Under the pieces are notes generated by a model, which was given only the letters and a program-made list of their open reading frames with translations, was not told the DNA's origin and did not search any database. Both the position numbers and the translations under genes were made by a program. A stretch of 64,000 nt of DNA, from the NCBI RefSeq assembly GCF_964204645.1, contig NC_134036.1, forward strand, positions 4,184,600 through 4,248,599. Reading direction: 5' to 3'. The stretch is from Tubulanus polymorphus. Its lineage: Eukaryota; Animalia; Nemertea. Below, piece by piece: positions 52,042 through 64,000 of this stretch. Positions within the stretch are counted from its first letter, which is position 1. Each line of letters opens with the position of its first letter.

Positions 52042-52200
52042 GGACCGGATGGCTTAGTCGGTCGGCGACTAGCGTGTCACCGCTGTGGCCCAGGTTCGAG
52101 TCTCGGAGGAGGCGGGTCAGGATGTGGCAATTGATCTCCGGTAAGCGGGCGAGTCGAGAGTACTGTCCTCCCTGGAATGAGGTTGCTAATGCGTGAGTCC
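52042..52200 (+). mobile_element. tRNA-derived SINE-like head
   Basis: A-box-like TGGCTTAGTCGG and B-box GGTTCGAGTCT; no complete cloverleaf; 3' boundary uncertain. Confidence 0.6.
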
Positions 52201-53589
52201 TACAGAATATCTGGCGTGGGGTAAATTATGTTTAATTCAGTCGTTTCTGGCTGAATTATTTATTTATCCCACAATGCCGGTCCAGGTTGCGGAGTAATTC
52301 CCCCAGGGACCTTCGACTTTTTTACAATATTAGTTTGTTATTTTAAGTTGATTGGTGAGGGTTTGGGGAACTTTTTATTTTTCTTTATCCCTCAAAGAAA
52401 TTGAAGAAAATCGCAGCAGGAATTCCGTAGATCTTTATGAGTAGTTCGGTGATCAATCTTCTAGTTCATTTCTCAAGTGATGGAAAAATTTCAGTATTTT
52501 TTTTTTAATTTGCCGGATTCCAATCAGAGTAGATGTGTACGCGGCGATGTCTGGTGAACGTGTGTATAAAATCGGCTAAAAACGACTATCCAATAGAGAA
52601 TCACTCACTGGAGACCTGCCATACGCTCTACTACACAATAGTGCCGCTTGACTGCACAAACTTTCAAGCTAAATTATAGATTCCTGAAGCAAAATTCTGA
52701 AAATAGTAAGATTATGATTTTGTGATATAGTATAAAATAAACAAAATAGAGAGGAAATCTACACTTAAGTTTGTTGGATAGTTTAGATAGAATTTCAGTA
52801 TGAAACTTAAAGCTAAAATCGTCGCATTCGATATTTTATCGATAACAATATGTGTCTCTATGAATAGTCGGATTAAACTCGACGACCTGTAATCTCTATA
52901 GAAAATGCGTGGCACGAATTGAATGGTTCTCGAGGATTAGCGTCACGGACTCGGGTCTGTCACAGGAATGCGCGATCGAGCCTTCCGATTGATCCATTCC
53001 GGTCGCATCGATGATGCAACGTCGCTGATTGGTCGACGCAGGTATTAGAAGCGCTGTTCGAGCCACCCGGTGCCAGTTCGAGAACTGCTGTCCTGATGTG
53101 AAAGTCGAGCTATAAGATCTCTCCAACAAGGCGTGAAGAACGTGTGGCTTCAAGCGAACAACTTTGCTGGTCCTGGTCCTGGTCCTGATGATAGCGGAGG
53201 AGTTCAGAAACACCTTGCAATGAGCATAAACTGCTGATTCCCCTGCAGCTGGTACTGATGTAGTTTTCCAGGCTAGAAGAGATTTGCTGATGAGGGCGAG
53301 TTTTGATGAGGTTTGTATTTTACTAGACTTTGATGATGAGTTTCAAAATGAGACTTGAACCAGTTCTAGTTAGAACCAACTTTGACGTGGTTTTATTTGA
53401 AAAACTTATCCGAAATTTTACGTTTGGAATCTTATTCTTGGTTAATTTATTGGCTCTCTGTATTAATTCCAATTCGATTTAAAAATATCTAGACTAAAAG
53501 ATAGCGAACCTCGTCGGCCTTGATTGACATTCAGTTTATTCTATTTTTTAGAAGCAGACTTTTTAGACTTGCATCGTTTGGCAGCATCT

Positions 53590-54030
53590 CTCGAGACGCA
53601 AACTCTCACCTTCAAACCTCCAACTTCAAACCTCGAGACGCAGACTCTACTCCGACTACCATCTTCAAACCTCGAGACGCAGACTCTACTCCGACTCGAA
53701 CCTTGAGACGTAGACTCTACTTAGACTACCATCTTCAAACCTCGAGACACAGACTCTACTCCGACTACCATCTTCAAACCTCGAGACGCAGACTCTACTC
53801 CGACTCGAACCTCGAGACGTAGACTCTACTTAGACTACCATCTTCAAACCTCGAGACGCAGACTCTACTCCGACTACCATCTTCAAACCTCGAGACGCAG
53901 ACTCTACTCCGACTACCATCTTCAAACCTCGAGACGCAGACTCTACTCCGACTACCATCTTCAAACCTCGAGACGTAGACTCTACTCCGACTACCATCTT
54001 CAAACCTCGAGACGCAGACTCTACTCCGAC
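53590..54030. repeat. 39-bp minisatellite
   Basis: cttcaaacctcgagacgcagactctactccgactaccat x ~11. Confidence 0.93.
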
Positions 54031-54402
54031 TTCCTGGTGTTTTGCTGCATGTAAATAAGACGTAAATAAAAAAGCGTAAATTAAATTGCTCGACTTTATT
54101 GAAATCTCTTTTGCCCCGGAAAGGACTCTTCCGCTCACTCTCTTGTCTCGGGCCCTTTTCCCCACTCTTCCGCTCTCAACTCACACTAGCTCAAAGGAAA
54201 GGACTCTTCCGCTCTGGACACACACTGTTCTTTCAAAAGCACAAAGTCAGGACAAACGCAAAGAAATACAAATCAGTGACTTTTATTGAAGAAGAAACAT
54301 CCGGAATTCACAAATTCAATTAACAATTTGTTTCAGTTTGTTTGCAAAAGTCAAATTCAACATTTTATTGAATCATCAACAACCAAATAATAAAATAAAT
54401 TT

Positions 54403-54464
54403 ATGGGATTTGAACCACCAACCACACGGCTAGCAGCCCAGCACCCTACCAACTACGCTATAGC
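54403..54464 (-). pseudogene. tRNA-like relic or SINE head
   Basis: Minus strand has A-box TAGCGTAGTTGG and B-box GGTTCAAATCC; acceptor and anticodon stems pair poorly. Confidence 0.5.
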
Positions 54465-54595
54465 GACATATATACAACCCACAGGGGAGGTCATATTTAT
54501 CCATTGCTTAAGCACATTTTATTAAAAAAAATAATGCCATCTACCGGGTGAGACAGGAACTAAGTTCCTATTAACCCGGTAGATGGAAGTGGATA

Positions 54596-55270
54596 CGAGA
54601 GAGGAGAATGAGACAGACAGAGAGCGGGAGAATGAGACAAAGAGCGAGAGAATGAGACAGAGAGAAGAGAATGAGACAGAGAGCGAGAGAATGAGACAGA
54701 GAGATGAGAATGAGACAAAGAGCGAGAGAATGAGACATGAGATGAGAATGAGACAGAGAGCGGGAGAATGAGACAAAGAGCGAGAGAATGAGACAGAGAG
54801 AAGAGAATGAGACAGAGAGCGAGAGAATGAGACAGAGAGATGAGAATGAGACAAAGAGCGAGAGAATGAGACAGAGAGAAGAGAATGAGACAGAGAGCGG
54901 GAGAATGAGACAGAGAGAAGAGAATGAGAGCGAGAGAATAAGGCAGAGAGAAGAGAATGAGGCAGAGAGCGAGAGAATGAGACAGAGAGCGGGAGAATGA
55001 GACAAAGAGCGAGAGAATGAGACAGAGAGAAGGGAATGAGACAGAGAGAAGAGAATGAGACAGAGAGCGAGAGAATGAGACAGAGAGCGAGAGAATGAGA
55101 CAGATGCGGGAGAATGAGACAGAGAGATGAGAATGAGACAAAGAGCGAGAGAATGAGGCAGAGAGAAGAGAATGAGAGCGAGAGAATAAGGCAGAGAGCG
55201 AGAGAATGAGGCAGAGAGAAGAGAATGAGGCAGAGAGAGGAGAGGAAGATGAGGAGAGAGAGGAGGATGA
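54596..55270. repeat. Purine-rich 18-20-bp minisatellite
   Basis: (gagaatgagacagagagcga)n variants. Confidence 0.95.
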
Positions 55271-55554
55271 AAGAATATGATGGCATATCACCTGGACGTC
55301 TATGTTCCTTGTTGTTTTAATCCAGATTCTAGATGCCTCGAGCAGTTTTACATTTTTCAGTTCAACAATAGCAGCATCAGTTATGTCCTCGTGGACATAA
55401 AGTTCATTGTAACTGAAGTCAAGTTCTCTCAATATGTGTTCGTTTGTTTGTTTTTCCTGTCACTGCCTTCACGTATATATCCAGTTCATCTGAAGTAGTC
55501 CTGATCAACAAACACAAATGAACGTCAATAGTTCCACCGTATCGACGACAAACG

Positions 55555-56280
55555 TCCTAGAAATATACATGAAACTTAATAGATTTGAGGTGACCAAGTC
55601 TAGTTACCGATGTATCAGAGAAATGAGGGTGAAATATTTTTTTTCTCCGATTTCGATGAAATTTAGTATAGACATGTATTTTGGGGTGCTGATCACGAAT
55701 CTGTAGGAATTTATCAGATCCAGGGCTCCCGAAATGAGAAATTCGAATTTTTAGGGGACCCCCTAAACTTTCAAAAGGCCTTGGACCCCAGAGTTTTCGA
55801 GATATTGAAAATCTGATTGCAGATTTGGAATCAGCACCCCTAAAAATAGTAGGGACTAAAATTTTAAGCAAATTGAAGAGATTCGATTTTTTGTCCAAAA
55901 ACGGCAAAAATCTAAGGTCCAGGAGTTTTTTTTCGGCGAAAAATTTTTTTTCTCTGATTTCTTCGAAACTTGATAGTGTGTAGAATCCGGATCTGCAATT
56001 AGATTTTGAATCGGAGTTCATCTTCATGGACAAATCAGGGTTCAAATGGCCAAAATATGCACCCCAAAAATGGGGTGCAAAGTCAAAAAATTTTTTTCAC
56101 CCTATTTTAATAAAATTTAGTACAGACATGTTTTTCGGGGTGCTGATTACGAATATGAAGTTAGTTTTTGGATCCGAAGCCTCTAAAATGAGATATTCAG
56201 GATTTCGTGTTTTGACCCCTAAATTTTGTTACTAATTTTGATGAAATTTGTTCTAGAAATACGATTTTTTATCAACCCGA
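55555..56280. mobile_element. Degenerate non-autonomous DNA-transposon-like segment
   Basis: Internal direct and inverted copies of aaatttagta.agacatg.ttttggggtgctgat.acgaat; no coding similarity recognised. Confidence 0.4.
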
Positions 56281-56334
56281 TAGATGGCATAGAACAAACA
56301 AACAACGGAGAAGAGCTAATTTGCATAAACAACG

Positions 56335-56597
56335 GGGCAGAGAGAGGAAGAGGAGAAGCGAGGGAGAGAGAGGAGAGGCAAGAGATATGCAAGTGAGAGG
56401 AGTAAGAGGGACCCAAGTGGAGGAGAGAGAAACAAGTGAAGAGAGTTAGACAAGTGAGGAGAGTGAGAGGGAAACAAAGGGAGGAGAGCGAGACAAGTGA
56501 GGAGAGTGAGAGGGAGACAAGTGAGGAGAGAGAGACAAGTGGGGGCTAGGGAGACAAGTGGGGAGAGTGGGAGAAGTGAGGGGTGTGAGAGAGAGAA
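56335..56597. repeat. GA-rich low-complexity repeat
   Basis: gagacaagtgaggagagtgag variants. Confidence 0.85.
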
Positions 56598-58069
56598 CGA
56601 TTTATGATTTACAACGAACTTCCTTCATATTTCTGGGCACATGTTCTATAATTCAGAGTCGCATTCTGTTTTTGAAATAATTAAATTTTTGAATATCCCG
56701 GAACCACAGTAGAATGCCAGCGACCAGAAACGCTAATGTGTCAAATTAATAGGTCGAGTAGGTGATCGACCGAACCTGGTATCTGGCTACAGGTAATCAA
56801 ATACTGTATTATGAAATAACCTATGATGAAGGTCCGATGTTTAAACACTCAATACAATTAGGAGAAGGATATATTCACCTGGCTGTTTGACTGATCCGAA
56901 TTAGGTGCCGGAAATCTTCCAATGTTGTTGTAAATCCATTAATGCTTTTAGGTTTTAGTTCATAGTTCACACACATTTTACATTCAATCTGTTGTTAGCG
57001 TTGCGCAATATTTAAGTCCATACTATTAGACGGTGGTGAATCCTCGAGGCTGTTTTTGTTCGCTATGATGCATTCCTTTGTTCACTGAGTGTTCCGTGAA
57101 TTGTATGTCACGATAGGTCCTTTAGTGTGAAAATGCTGGTGAATTCGCATTTAGAATTCGCCGGTTCGAAGTTCCGTGTAGAGGCGAAATCGATGAAATG
57201 TCCAAGATATCTAAGATGATCAGGATAGAGTCCACCATGGATTCTGAAATTAAAAGCAATGGAAAACTAAATTAAAATTGCATTTACAGACATCGAAACG
57301 GTGCAGTGCAAGTGCCACTAAAACTCGTAATAGGAAGGTCACAGTTGAATAGTTGTGACTCAAGTCAAAAGTGTTTTGGAATTTTAAAGACAGGTATTTA
57401 AGTTGGTAGATTGGTTTTTGCCGAATTGTTTACCGTGCTTACTTATTAAATCCTTTTCAACATTTTGCTAAGGTATCAAGGAGTCGTAAGGTAACTGAGA
57501 AATGTTCATAAATTATAAACCGTGATTAAGAAATGAATTCACCAAAAGACACTGTAACTTTATGGGTACATTGACAATTGTTCTATAAACTGGTTATCGA
57601 CAATGTCAAAATCAACGAACCGTAACTAAAACGAACTTGGATAGAACTCTTTCGATATCAATACATACAACAGTTTAGATCGACGAGTTGATATCGACGC
57701 CATTGGGTTCGAGTCCCAATTATTCCAGCGGTTTAGAGGTTTTATGGCGTAATCCAAATTTCGGCAAATATGCAATTAGACATTAGATTTCTTTAATTAA
57801 ATAATCTACCCAATGTGATATTTTACACTAACTCCCAAAATTGAAAAGCCATGGAATACAACACTTAGTTTGGCGAGTAGGCACCATAACGATATGATAT
57901 GGTATGATACAGGATAATTTGGGTTCGAGTCCCGATTATTCCAGCAGCAAAGTGGTATTAATGTGAAATAGAAATTTCAGCTATTATAAAACCAGGACTT
58001 TATTTACTTGATTGATTAACCGAAAACGTTATCTAAGATTGCACCGAAATTAACAGAATAACTAATTAA

Positions 58070-61000
58070 TTGGAGTTGAAATTAACGGTTACTAATTTCA
58101 AAGCACAGACAATGAGTTTAATTGTCTAATTTCAAACATTAAGCCAAAACAACGAGTTAAAATGAAGACAACGACTAATTTCAAAGATTACGAGCCTAAA
58201 CAATGAGCCAAATTGAAAACAATAACTAATTTTAAGGATTCAAAGCCTAAATAATGAGCTTAATTGAAGACAATGACTAATTGAAAGACAATAAGCCTAA
58301 ACAATGAGCTTAATTAAAGACAATAACTTATTTCGAGGATTCAAAACCTTAACAATGAGCTTAATTGAAGACAATGACTAATTTCAAAGATTCCAGGCCT
58401 AAACAAAGAGTTAATTTGAAGACATTAACTAATTTCAAAGTTTCAAAGCCTAAACAACGAGTTTAATTGAAGACAATAACTAAATACATAGATTCAAAGC
58501 CTAAACAATGAGTCATTGAAGACAATAACTGATTTCAAACATTCCAAGCTTAAACAATGAGTTCTATTAAACACAACAGCAAATTTCATAGGTTCAAAGC
58601 CTAAACAAAGAGCTTAATTGAAGACATTAACTATTTTCAAAGTTTCAAAGCCCAAACAACGAGTTTAAATGAAGACAATAACTAAATATATAGATCCAAG
58701 GCCTAAACAATGAGTCTTATTGAAGACAATAATTTATTTCAAGGATTCAAAGCCCAAACAAAGAGCTTCATTGAAGACAATAACTAATCTCAAAGATTCC
58801 AAGCCTAAACAATAGGTTTTATTGAAGACAATAACTAATTTCCAACATTCCAAGCCGAAACAATGAGTTCTATTAAACATAACAGCTAATTTCATAGCTT
58901 CAAAGCCTAAACAAACAGCTTAATTGAAGACATTAACTAATTTCAAAGTTTCAAAGCCTAAACAACGAGTTTCATTGAAGACAATAACTAAATACATAGA
59001 TTCAAAGCCTAAACAATGAGTCATTGAAGACAATGATTTATTTCAAGGATTCAAAGCCTAAACAATGAGCTTAATTCAAGACAATAATTGATTTCAAAGA
59101 TTTAAAGCATAAACAATGAGTTAGATTGAAGACAATAACTAATTTCAAACATTCCAAGCCTAAACAATGAGTTCTATTGAACACAACTGCTAATTTCATG
59201 GGTTCAAAGCCTAAACGATGAGCTTAATTGAAGACAATAACTTATTTCAAGGATTTAAAGCCTAAACAATGAGCTTAATTGAAGACAATAACTAATTTCA
59301 AACATTCCAAGCTTAAACAATGAGTTCTATTGAACACAACAGCTAATTTCATAGATTCCAAGCCGAAACAATAAGCTTAATTGAAGACAATAACTTATTA
59401 AAAGGATTTAAAGCCTAAACAATGAGCTTAATTGAAGACAATAACTAACTTCAAGGATTCAAAGCCTCAACGATGAGCTTAATTGAAGACAATAACTTAT
59501 TACAAGGATTTAAAGCCTAAACAATGAGCTTAATTGAAGACAATAACTAATTTCAAACATTCCAAGCTTAAACAAAGAGCTTAATTGAAGACAATAACTA
59601 ATATCAAACATTCCAAGCCCAAACAATGAGTTCTATTGAACAGAACAGCTAATTTCATAGATTCAAAGCCTACACAATATGAGTCATTGAATACAATAAT
59701 TTATTTCAAGGATTCAAAGCCTAAACTATGAGCTTAATTGAAGAAAATAACTAATTTCAAACATTCTCAGTTTAAACAAAGAGCTTAATTGAAGGTAATA
59801 ACTAATATCAACCATTCCAAGCTTAAACAATGAGTACTATTGAACATAAAAGCTAATTTCATAGATTCAAAGCCTAAACAATAATCTTAATTGAAGACAA
59901 TAACTAATTTCATGGATTCAAAGCCTCAACAATGAGCTTAATTGAAGACAATAACTTATTTCAAGGATTCAAAGTCTAAACAATGAGCTTAATTGAAGAC
60001 AATAACTAATATCAAACGTATCAAGCCCAAACAATGAGTTCTATTGAACAAAACAGCTAATTTCATAGATTCAAAGCCTAAACAATATGAGTCTGATCGA
60101 AGACAATAACTAATTTCGTCGATTCAAAGCCTAAACAATGACTTTCCGAGTAAGGATTCAACGATTCAAAGACAACGACTAATTTCAAAGATTACGAGCC
60201 TAAACAATGAGCCAAATTGAAAACAATAACTAATTTTAAGGATTCAAAGCCTAAATAATGAGCTCAATTGAAGACAATGACTAACTGAAAGACAACAAGC
60301 CTAAACAATGAGCTTAATTAAAGACAATAACTTATTTTGAGGATTCAAAACCTTAACAATGAGCTTAATTGAAGACAATGACTAATTTCAAAGATTCCAG
60401 GCCTAAAAAAGGAGTTCATTTGAAGACATTAACTAATTTCAAAGTTTCAAAGCCCAAACAACGAGTTTACTTGAAGACTATAACTAGATACATAGATCCA
60501 AAGCCTAAACAATGAGTCTTATTGAAGACAATAACTAATTTCAAAGTTACAAAGCCCAAACAACGAGTTTAATTGAAGATAATAACTAAATACATAGATT
60601 CAAAGCCTAAACAATGAGTCATTGAAGACAATAACTGATTTCAAACATTCCAAGCTTAAACAATGAGTTCTATTGAACATAACAGCTAATTTCATAGCTT
60701 CAAAGCCTAAACAAACAGCTTAATTGAAGACATTAACTAATTTCAAAGTTTCAAAGCCTAAACAACGAGTTACATTGAAGACAATAACTAAATACATAGA
60801 TTCAAAGCCTAAACAATGAGTCATTGAAGACAATGATTTATTTCAAGGATTCAAAGCCTAAACAATGAGCTTAATTCAAGACAATAATTGATTTCAAAGA
60901 TTCAAAGCCTAAACAATGAGTTAGATTGCAGACAATAACTAATTTCAAACATTCCAAGCCTAAACAATGAGTTCTATTGAACACAACTGCTAATTTCATG

Positions 61001-63805
61001 GGTTCAAAGCCTAAACGATGAGCTTAATTGAACACAATAACTTATTTCAAGGATTTAAAGCCTAAACAATGAGCTTAATTGAAGACAATAACTAATTTCA
61101 AACATTCCAAGCTTAAACAAAGAGCTTAATTGAAGACAATAACTAATATCAAACATTCCAAGCCCAAACAATGAGTTCTATTGAACAGAACAGCTAATTT
61201 CATAGATTCAAAGCCTACACAATATGAGTCATTGAATACAATAATTTATTTCAAGGATTCAAAGCCTAAACTATGAGCTTAATTGAAGACAATACCTAAT
61301 TTCAAACATTCTCAGTTTAAACAAAGAGCTTAATTGAAGATAATAACTAATATCAAACATTCCAAGCCCAAACAATGAGTTATTTTGAACAGAACAGCTA
61401 ATTTCATACATTCAAAGCCTACACAACATGAGTCATTGAATAAAATAATTTATTTCAAGGATTCAAAGCCTAAACTATGAGATTAATTGAAGACAATAAC
61501 TAATTTCAAACATTCTCAGTTTAAACAAAGAGCTTAATTGAAGATAATAACTAATATCAACCATTCCAAGCTTAAACAATGAGTACTATTGAACACAACA
61601 GCTAATTTCATAGATTCAAAGCCTAAACAATAATCTTAATTGAAGACAATAACTAATTTAATGGATTCAAAGCCTCAACAATGAGCTTAATTGAAGACAA
61701 TAACTTATTTCAAGGATTCAAAGTCTAAACAATGAGCTTAATTGAAGACAATAACTAATATCAAACGTATCAAGCCCAAACAATGAGTTCTATTTAACAA
61801 AACAGCTAATTTCATAGATTCAAAGCCTAAACAATATGAGTCTGATCGAAGACAATAACTAATTTCGTCGATTCGAAGCCTAAACAATGACTTTCCGAGT
61901 AAGGATTCAACGATTCTAAGACAACGACTAATTTCAAAGATTACGAGCCTAAACAATGAGCCAAATTGAAAACAATAACTAATTTTAAGGATTCAAAGCC
62001 TAAATAATGAGCTTAATTGAAGACAATGACTAATTGAAAGACAACAAGCCTAAACAATGAGCTTAATTAAAGACAATAACTTATTTCGAGGATTCAAAAC
62101 CTTAACAATGAGCTTAATTGAAGACAATGACTAATTTCAAAAATTCCAGGCCTAAAAAAGAGTTCATTTGAAGACATTAACTAATTTCAAAGTTTCAAAG
62201 CCCAAACAACGAGTTTACTTGAAGACAATAACTAAATACATAGATTCAAAGCCTAAACAATGAGTCATTGAAGACAATAACTGATTACAAACATTCCAAG
62301 CTTAAACAATGAGTTCTAACAGCAAATTTCATAGGTTCAAAGCCTAAACAAAGAGCTTAATTGAAGACATTAACTATTTTCAAAGTTTCAAAGCCCAAAC
62401 AACGAGTTTAAATGAAATAAATAACTAAATATATAGATCCAAGGCCTAAACAATGAGTCTTATTGAAGACAATAATTTATTTCAAGGATTCAAAGCCCAA
62501 ACAAAGAGCTTCATTGAAGACAATAACTAATCTCAAAGATTCCAAGCCTAAACAATAGGTTTTATTGAAGACAATAACTAATTTCAAACATTCCAAGCCG
62601 AAAACAATGAGTTCTATTGAACATAACAGATAATTTCAAAGCTTCAAAGCCTAAACAAACAGCTTAATTGAAGACATTAACTAATTTCAAAGTTTCAAAG
62701 CCTAAACAACGAGTTTCATTGAAGACAATAACTAAATACATAGATTCAAAGCCTAAACAATGAGTCATTGAAGACAATGATTTATTTCAAGGATTCAAAG
62801 CCTAAACAATGAGCTTAATTCAAGACAATAATTGATTTCAAAGATTCAAAGCCTAAACAATGAGTTAGATTGAAGACAATAACTAATTTCAAACATTCCA
62901 AGCCTAAACAATGAGTTCTATTGAACACAACTGCTAATTTCATGGGTTCACGATGCCTAAACGATGAGCTCAATTGAAGACAATAACTTATTTCAAGGAT
63001 TTAAATCCTAAACAATGAGCTTAATTTAAGACAATAACTAATTTCAAACATTCCAAGCTTAAACAATGAGTTCTATTGAACACAACAAATAATTTCATAG
63101 ATTCAAAGCCGAAACAATAAGCTTAATTGAAGACAATAACTAACTTCAAGGATTCAAAGCCTCAACGATGAGCTTAATTGAAGACAATAACTTATTACAA
63201 GGATTTAAAGCCTAAACAATGAGCTTAATTGAAGACAATAACTAATTTCAAACATTCCAAGCTTAAACAAAGAGCTTAATTGAAGACAATAACTAATATC
63301 AAACATTCCAAGCCCAAACAATGAGTTCTATTGAACAGAACAGCTAATTTCATAGATTCAAAGCCTACACAATATGAGTCATTGAATACAATAATTTATT
63401 TCAAGGATTCAAAGCCTAAACTATGAGCTTAATTGAAGACAATAACTAATTTCAAACATTCTCAGTTTAAACAAAGAGCTTAATTGAAGATAATAACTAA
63501 TATCAACCATTCCAAGCTTAAACAATGAGTACTATTGAACACAACAGCTAATTTCATAGATTCAAAGCCTAAACAATAATCTTAATTGAAGACAATAACT
63601 AATTTCATGGATTCAAAGTCTAAACAATGAGCTTAATTGAAGACAATGACTAATATCAAACGTATCAAGCCCAAACAATGAGTTCTATTGAACAATACAG
63701 CTAATTTTATAGATTCAAAGCCTAAACAATATAAGTCTGATCGAAGACAATAACTAATTTCATCGATTCAAAGCCTAAACAATGACTTTCCGAGTAAGGA
63801 TTCAG
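58070..63805 (+). repeat. 51-bp AT-rich satellite (~110 monomers) with higher-order repeats
   Basis: Monomer cctaaacaatgagcttaattgaagacaataactaatttcaaagattcaaag; unique marker variants recur every 1.75-2.0 kb. Confidence 0.97.
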
Positions 63806-64000
63806 TCTACCGTGTGTAAGTTCATTATTACTGGAATCATTAAATGAATTAACCGAATGTTTCCTAAATAATAACACAATTAGAATGACAACTTACAAAT
63901 TTATGTGTGTTTGTTTGTGCATCTTCTTGGTTCACACGGAGGGGAGTGACGTCTAAGCTACAGCAGTTAGCTCACTTGAATCATCTATCGGGTCAGGTCG

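Noticed and set aside
52042-52110. Functional tRNA gene (also 54403-54464 and the B-boxes at ~57705 and ~57921)
   Set aside because: A/B boxes are present but the cloverleaf stems do not pair; treated as SINE or tRNA relics.
53520-54165. Repetitive ORFs (also 49212-49682 and 50843-51079)
   Set aside because: Open only because the tandem repeat units lack stops; no splice or domain support.
54522-55432. Long hydrophobic ORFs of 254 and 290 aa
   Set aside because: Translations of the GA-rich minisatellite.

Overview
Eukaryotic (invertebrate animal) genomic DNA with GT-AG introns; the GRL101-type receptors are compatible with a lophotrochozoan, but the taxon is not proven. (1) 521-1057 (-): an intronless, GC-rich ORF with a Cys-His-Asp papain/transglutaminase-type triad. 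(2) ~3-31 kb: three tandem ~8.6-9.1 kb-spaced copies of a 3-coding-exon gene. Each copy splices in frame into a ~1,940-aa chimeric GPCR: signal peptide, up to five CUB/CUB-like domains, a C-type lectin domain plus a degenerate second one, ~7 LDLa modules, LRRs and a rhodopsin-class 7TM (GRL101-like LGR). The copies are mosaics of each other, and an inverted, internally deleted fourth copy lies at 32.7-33.0 kb. Between copies 2 and 3 sits an insertion of two inverted 100-bp arms, each with a Penelope-type minimal hammerhead ribozyme motif, enclosing a captured copy of nearby DNA. (3) 34.1-40.3 kb: a 7-exon SAC3D1-like gene with MITE-filled introns. (4) 44.4-46.5 kb: a single-pass S/T-rich membrane protein whose UGA-C stop is followed by 71 in-frame sense codons (readthrough candidate). 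(5) 47-64 kb: mostly minisatellites, SINE/tRNA-like heads, transposon relics and a 5.7-kb 51-bp satellite with higher-order structure. All domain calls come from reading motifs by eye; no database searches were run.
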